Shown here piece by piece: positions 60,509 to 64,000 of a DNA stretch of 64,000 bases. Both the position numbers and the translations under genes were made by a program. Each line of letters begins with the position of its first letter. Positions within the stretch are counted from its first letter, which is position 1. This DNA comes from Armatimonadota bacterium (GTDB lineage: Bacteria > Armatimonadota > UBA5829). The notes beneath the pieces were generated by a model that had not been told where the DNA came from, searched no databases, and was given only the letters and a program-made list of their open reading frames with translations. The stretch lies in assembly GCA_052035525.1 (NCBI GenBank), contig JBPOHN010000024.1:13527-77526 (forward strand). The letters run 5' to 3'.

Positions 60509-61729
60509 ATGAGAAGGTTTGTGCTGATCGCTTCGTTGCTCTGCCTGGTATCCTTTGCGCCGGCGATAGCCGCGCCCCAAAAGGTTACACTGCCAAGTCC
60601 GGTGACGGCCATCAGGCAGCCGCTGAGGTCACCCGCGGTTCTCCAGAGCATCAACAAGACGTTGACTATGGAGGGGTTCTACTATGATGGATCGATTCCC
60701 ATGATCATCAACGATATGAACCTCTTGCGCGAGGATAGGCTGCTGCCTGCCGACTCGTACGTGCCGATAACCGGACTCCGGCCCGCCGGGATCAAGTGGG
60801 GCGAGCGCGTCAGCGTGACGGGAACTATCGAAAAGCCCACATCCCTATCGACCGAACCCGTCGCTATCCGCATCAACACACTGTCGAACATCCGCGTAGT
60901 GGCTCCCGCAGCCAGCAGGTTCCAGTCCAGCCTTCGCCTCTCGCCCGCCGTCAGAGGCGCGGTTGTCCAGGCGATTAAGGCCCCCTATGCAGTGCTGATC
61001 GCAGGCGGCGCGAGCCCCGCGAACAATCACATCCGCTATTGGAATGACCTGGTAGCTATGTACACGATTTTGACATCGAAAGGCTATCCGGCCAGCAATA
61101 TCACTGTCATCTACGCCGATGGCGTGCCCAAGAGCAATGCGATGCCGGTCCACTATTCGGCCTCCAAGGCTAACATCGCCACCGCGTTCACAAACCTCGC
61201 TTCAAAGGTCGGCAGCGAGAATGACGTGTATATCATGCTCAACGACCACGGCTCGCAGCTAAGCGGCGGACATGCCGGGCTGTGCCTGTGGTACGATACG
61301 ATGAGCGATACCGAGTTCGCGGCCCAGGTCAACAAGATCACCAAATTCCGCCGTATGGTGATCCAGATGAAGCAGTGCTACAGCGGCGGGTTTGTCGATG
61401 ACCTCACTGCGCCCAACAGAGTCGTAATGGCCTCCTGCGCTGCCAATCAGGTTTCCTGGGCTAAGGCCACGCTTGACTTCGGCGAGTTCACCTACTGGTA
61501 CATGTCCGCGCTGAAGGGCAGCTTTGTTGATGGAGCCGGACCAGTGAACGCCGACACCACGGGTGATGGGAAGGTCTCGATGGTTGAGGCATGGAACTAC
61601 GCCAGATCTCACGATACGGCAAATGAGACTCCGCAATACGAGGATACCGGCGCAAGCCCATGCGCAAGTGGGGCTGCCCTGCCGGTCGGATCCGAAGGCC
61701 TCCTGGGCGCGGCCTGCTGGCTAAAGTGA
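60509..61729 (+). CDS. secreted peptidase C13-like (legumain/caspase-fold) protein
   Basis: Signal peptide, then a His...Cys dyad context: YIMLNDHGSQ and MVIQMKQCYSGGF. Confidence 0.5.
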   Translation: MRRFVLIASLLCLVSFAPAIAAPQKVTLPSPVTAIRQPLRSPAVLQSINKTLTMEGFYYDGSIPMIINDMNLLREDRLLPADSYVPITGLRPAGIKWGERVSVTGTIEKPTSLSTEPVAIRINTLSNIRVVAPAASRFQSSLRLSPAVRGAVVQAIKAPYAVLIAGGASPANNHIRYWNDLVAMYTILTSKGYPASNITVIYADGVPKSNAMPVHYSASKANIATAFTNLASKVGSENDVYIMLNDHGSQLSGGHAGLCLWYDTMSDTEFAAQVNKITKFRRMVIQMKQCYSGGFVDDLTAPNRVVMASCAANQVSWAKATLDFGEFTYWYMSALKGSFVDGAGPVNADTTGDGKVSMVEAWNYARSHDTANETPQYEDTGASPCASGAALPVGSEGLLGAACWLK

Positions 61730-61790
61730 TCTGATTGGATTGAGGATTTGATGTGCTTGCTCGGAGCGCAAGGCCTCCGGGCGAGCACTT

Positions 61791-62096
61791 CTACTCCCAT
61801 CCGTGCTCGGATCGCGCGATCACTTCCTCCTCCAGAACCCGGGCAAACTCCGCAATCGACAGCCTGCCCTGCTCGTACACAAGCGTCTTCACCGCCATCA
61901 TACTGTCCACCAGGTTCGCCAATCCCACAAACGAGTTCTCGACCCAGTTGTACCTCGCCCCGCCCCGATCGAAATCCAATCCCCGCTCCAGGCAGTCGCT
62001 TACCATGCAACTCGCCAGCGGAAACGCGCCTCGCTCAGCCCTCTCGCGCCAGATGCGCTTCATGGGCGGCATTGACAACACGCGCGCACTGCTCAA
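61791..62096 (-). pseudogene. glycyl-radical-enzyme-like fragment (catalytic-Cys loop region only, about 100 codons)
   Basis: ...AFPLASCMVSDCLERGLDFDRGGARYNWVENSFVGLANLVDSMMAVKTLVYEQGRLSIAEFARVLEEE. It parallels the in-window GRE segment CMVGCIE...AWSDSRFNMPLQLMTALND and the GRE F..LA..VE block. It is bounded by stops at both ends. Confidence 0.3.
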
Positions 62097-62538
62097 GACC
62101 TACGATCTCGCGGGAAGCGACGGCGCCATCATCTGGATACACGGCCCTCAACCGTTTTCCCCCGATGCCCGCACCAAACGCCTGCAGAGCCTATATCGCC
62201 GCCATCCAGACCTGACGCCACTCTACGCGGTTGCGGCAGCGGATGGCCGCAACAGCATACTTGCCGACCTGGAGCAGACCGGGGTCACCAGGATCGCAAG
62301 CCTCGAGGAACTGGAGCGGGTGTTCTCTCGGATGGACAGCGGCAAGAAGCAATTGGTCGCAATCAGGCAGCGCGTGCCGCTCCACCAGGCGGCGGGACCT
62401 CGTGTGTCGGAGCAGCTTGCCAGGCTCTGGGCCCTGGAGGAGGTCATCAGGCTCTGCCGCAGCGGGCGCCCTACTCCATCCCGTCGTGATTCGCTTCGCC
62501 GGGCACACGTCCGCGCCGCCGCCGCGGGTATCCTGTAA
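62053..62538 (+). CDS. hypothetical protein
   Basis: 162-aa ORF from the internal ATG (MRFMGGIDNTRALLKTYDLAGSDGAIIWIHGPQPF...). Upstream, the track ORF is low-complexity antisense of the GRE-like fragment. Confidence 0.35.
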   Translation: MRFMGGIDNTRALLKTYDLAGSDGAIIWIHGPQPFSPDARTKRLQSLYRRHPDLTPLYAVAAADGRNSILADLEQTGVTRIASLEELERVFSRMDSGKKQLVAIRQRVPLHQAAGPRVSEQLARLWALEEVIRLCRSGRPTPSRRDSLRRAHVRAAAAGIL

Positions 62539-62633
62539 ATGGATTTGCTCCCGCCCCGGCGGGAGCGGAGCGAAACGAGCGTGGGGGCAAGCCTTTTCCA
62601 TCTTCGTGATCGGCCCTCACGGAGGAGAGCATC

Positions 62634-62963
62634 ATGAGTCCCGTGGCAGATAACAGGCCGTCGGAATCGTCCGCCCTGGCCACCCTGGCCATAGCTCTGG
62701 CCATCCTGGCTATCGCGCTGCTGATAGGCTACTTCCTTTGGTGGGCGCCCGGCCAGCGGACCACAGTGGTTGCCCCGCAGCAGCCTCCGCAAGTTGTCAC
62801 TCCCGGCCCGCCAGGTCCTCCCGGCCCTCCCGGAGAGCCAGGTGAACCCGGAACGTCTCCCGCGCCGCCGTCAGGTGGCGCTGGACCTGATACCGACCGC
62901 AGGGCTGCGCCGCAGGACCAGCAGGAACGGCCCAGGAATCAACGAGACGCAACGCCGGATTGA
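62634..62963 (+). CDS. small single-pass membrane protein with collagen-like GPPGPPGPPGEPGEPG segment
   Basis: TM helix LATLAIALAILAIALLIGYFLWW, followed by a Pro/Gly-rich tail. Confidence 0.45.
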   Translation: MSPVADNRPSESSALATLAIALAILAIALLIGYFLWWAPGQRTTVVAPQQPPQVVTPGPPGPPGPPGEPGEPGTSPAPPSGGAGPDTDRRAAPQDQQERPRNQRDATPD

Positions 62964-63040
62964 TGGCGTCCAACCAGGTCGGTAACTGCCCTATAAGGGG
63001 TATGTTTTGCATATCGCATTATGACAAGGGGAGGATTCGG

Positions 63041-63538
63041 ATGAAGGAACTGAACACACTGAGCATCCTCTTTGAGGAGGAGCTAAAGGACATCTACAGC
63101 GCCGAGCAGATGGTGATGGAATCGCTGCCGAAGATGATCGAGGGCGCTAACTCCAAAGAACTCAAAGACAAGTTCGAGCTGCACTTGAAGCAGACTGAGG
63201 AGCAGATCGAGCGGCTCGAAGACGTGTTCGAGATGATGGATTTGGAACCCGAGGCCGAGAAATGCGAGGGGATGGAGGGCATCATCAAGGACGCGGAAAA
63301 GATTCTCAAGGCCAAAGGTGAACCACACGTCAAAGACGCCGCCTTGATAGCCGCAGCGCAGAAGGTCGAGCACTACGAGATCGCCACATACGGGACCCTA
63401 TGCGAGTGGGCCCGGGAAATGGGACACGAGGACGTCGCTAAGACGCTCGATATGACGCTCAAGGAAGAACACAAGACGGATGAAATCCTCACGGCTGTCG
63501 CCGAAGGCAGCGTGAACGTGGAATCGCCGAAGGTATAG
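63041..63538 (+). CDS. ferritin-like DUF892 (YciE/YciF-family) stress protein
   Basis: MKELNTLSILFEEELKDIYSAEQMVMESLPKMIEGANSKELKDKFELHLKQTEEQIERL... is a typical DUF892 N-terminus. RBS aaggggagg. The true start is internal to the track ORF. Confidence 0.7.
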   Translation: MKELNTLSILFEEELKDIYSAEQMVMESLPKMIEGANSKELKDKFELHLKQTEEQIERLEDVFEMMDLEPEAEKCEGMEGIIKDAEKILKAKGEPHVKDAALIAAAQKVEHYEIATYGTLCEWAREMGHEDVAKTLDMTLKEEHKTDEILTAVAEGSVNVESPKV

Positions 63539-63612
63539 GCGACCGTATCAATTGTGGCCCGCAGTAGTCCACCGACCGCCGCGGGCCCTGCATCACTTAC
63601 GCGCTCTGCTGC

Positions 63613-64000
63613 TCAGAATATGAAAAACGTATACGTCTGCACGCCCATCACGCCGCGGACGAAGCTCCACAGTCCGCCGACAGCGAATTCACCCAGCACC
63701 AGCCCCACGAAGAACGGCATTGCGGCCCTATAGCCGCGCATCCCCCAGTAGCGCAGGATCACGACCTTTAGCAGCCAACTGATCAGTATGGGCATCCAGA
63801 TGTAGTCCACCCCAAACGACATCCCGATCGCAAACCCCGCCGGATGGAACGGAAAACCGAAGGACATCACGCTCAGCCGCGCCAGAATCAGCGCGATCGT
63901 TGCCCCGATCCCCGCCGCCGCCACGCCCGCATAGTTCGCGTGAACCGGATTCGTGATCCATGATGCAAGCTGGTTGAACGCGGCTTGAGAGAACCCCGAA
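63613..64000 (-). CDS. integral membrane protein, C-terminal part; gene continues past the right window edge
   Basis: The frame stays open to position 64000 beyond the GTG listed as start: ...SGFSQAAFNQLASWITNPVHANYAGVAAAGIGATIALILARLSVMSFGFPFHPAGF... Confidence 0.4.
   Translation of the reverse strand, partial: SGFSQAAFNQLASWITNPVHANYAGVAAAGIGATIALILARLSVMSFGFPFHPAGFAIGMSFGVDYIWMPILISWLLKVVILRYWGMRGYRAAMPFFVGLVLGEFAVGGLWSFVRGVMGVQTYTFFIF

Noticed and set aside
61753-62052. First 100 codons of + ORF 61753..62538
   Set aside because: The S/T/R/P/C-rich translation shares wobble positions with the better-looking minus-strand GRE-like frame. The gene start was moved to the ATG at 62053.

Overview
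High-GC (about 62%) bacterial chromosomal window, densely coding with about 50 genes and frequent GTG/TTG starts. Content points to an environmental, polymer-degrading lineage: two PEP-CTERM proteins, a roughly 1,675-aa GEVED-repeat protein, a Tat-signal sulfatase, and many secreted hydrolases and lyases (CE7-like esterase, GH78-like rhamnosidase, heparinase-like lyase, DUF4091, ceramidase-like enzyme, purple-acid phosphatase, C13 peptidase). The conserved housekeeping backbone rplU-rpmA-obg-proB-proA-nadD-LCP-rsfS is recognisable on the minus strand. Further housekeeping genes are rpsT, a grx-trxB-hemW redox operon, thymidine phosphorylase and zupT. Several items warrant follow-up: two tandem divergent serpins with a REP/BIME-like GC-rich palindromic repeat family inserted between rpmA and obg; a near-perfect 162-bp tandem duplication in the proA-nadD spacer; a GH78-like protein with a 330-aa arginine-rich repetitive tail lying divergent to the GEVED protein; a glycyl-radical enzyme co-transcribed with a Zn-dependent alcohol dehydrogenase and no activase gene nearby, plus a GRE-like remnant about 4 kb away; and an arrestin-like protein in an operon with a polysaccharide lyase and a zinc-ribbon membrane protein. 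Two further decayed gene remnants (a RelE/ParE toxin tail and an HATPase_c fragment) and a symmetric palindromic dual promoter between rplU and zupT are also visible. No rRNA, tRNA or CRISPR was found. All family assignments are motif-level readings from the translations and need HMM or BLAST confirmation.
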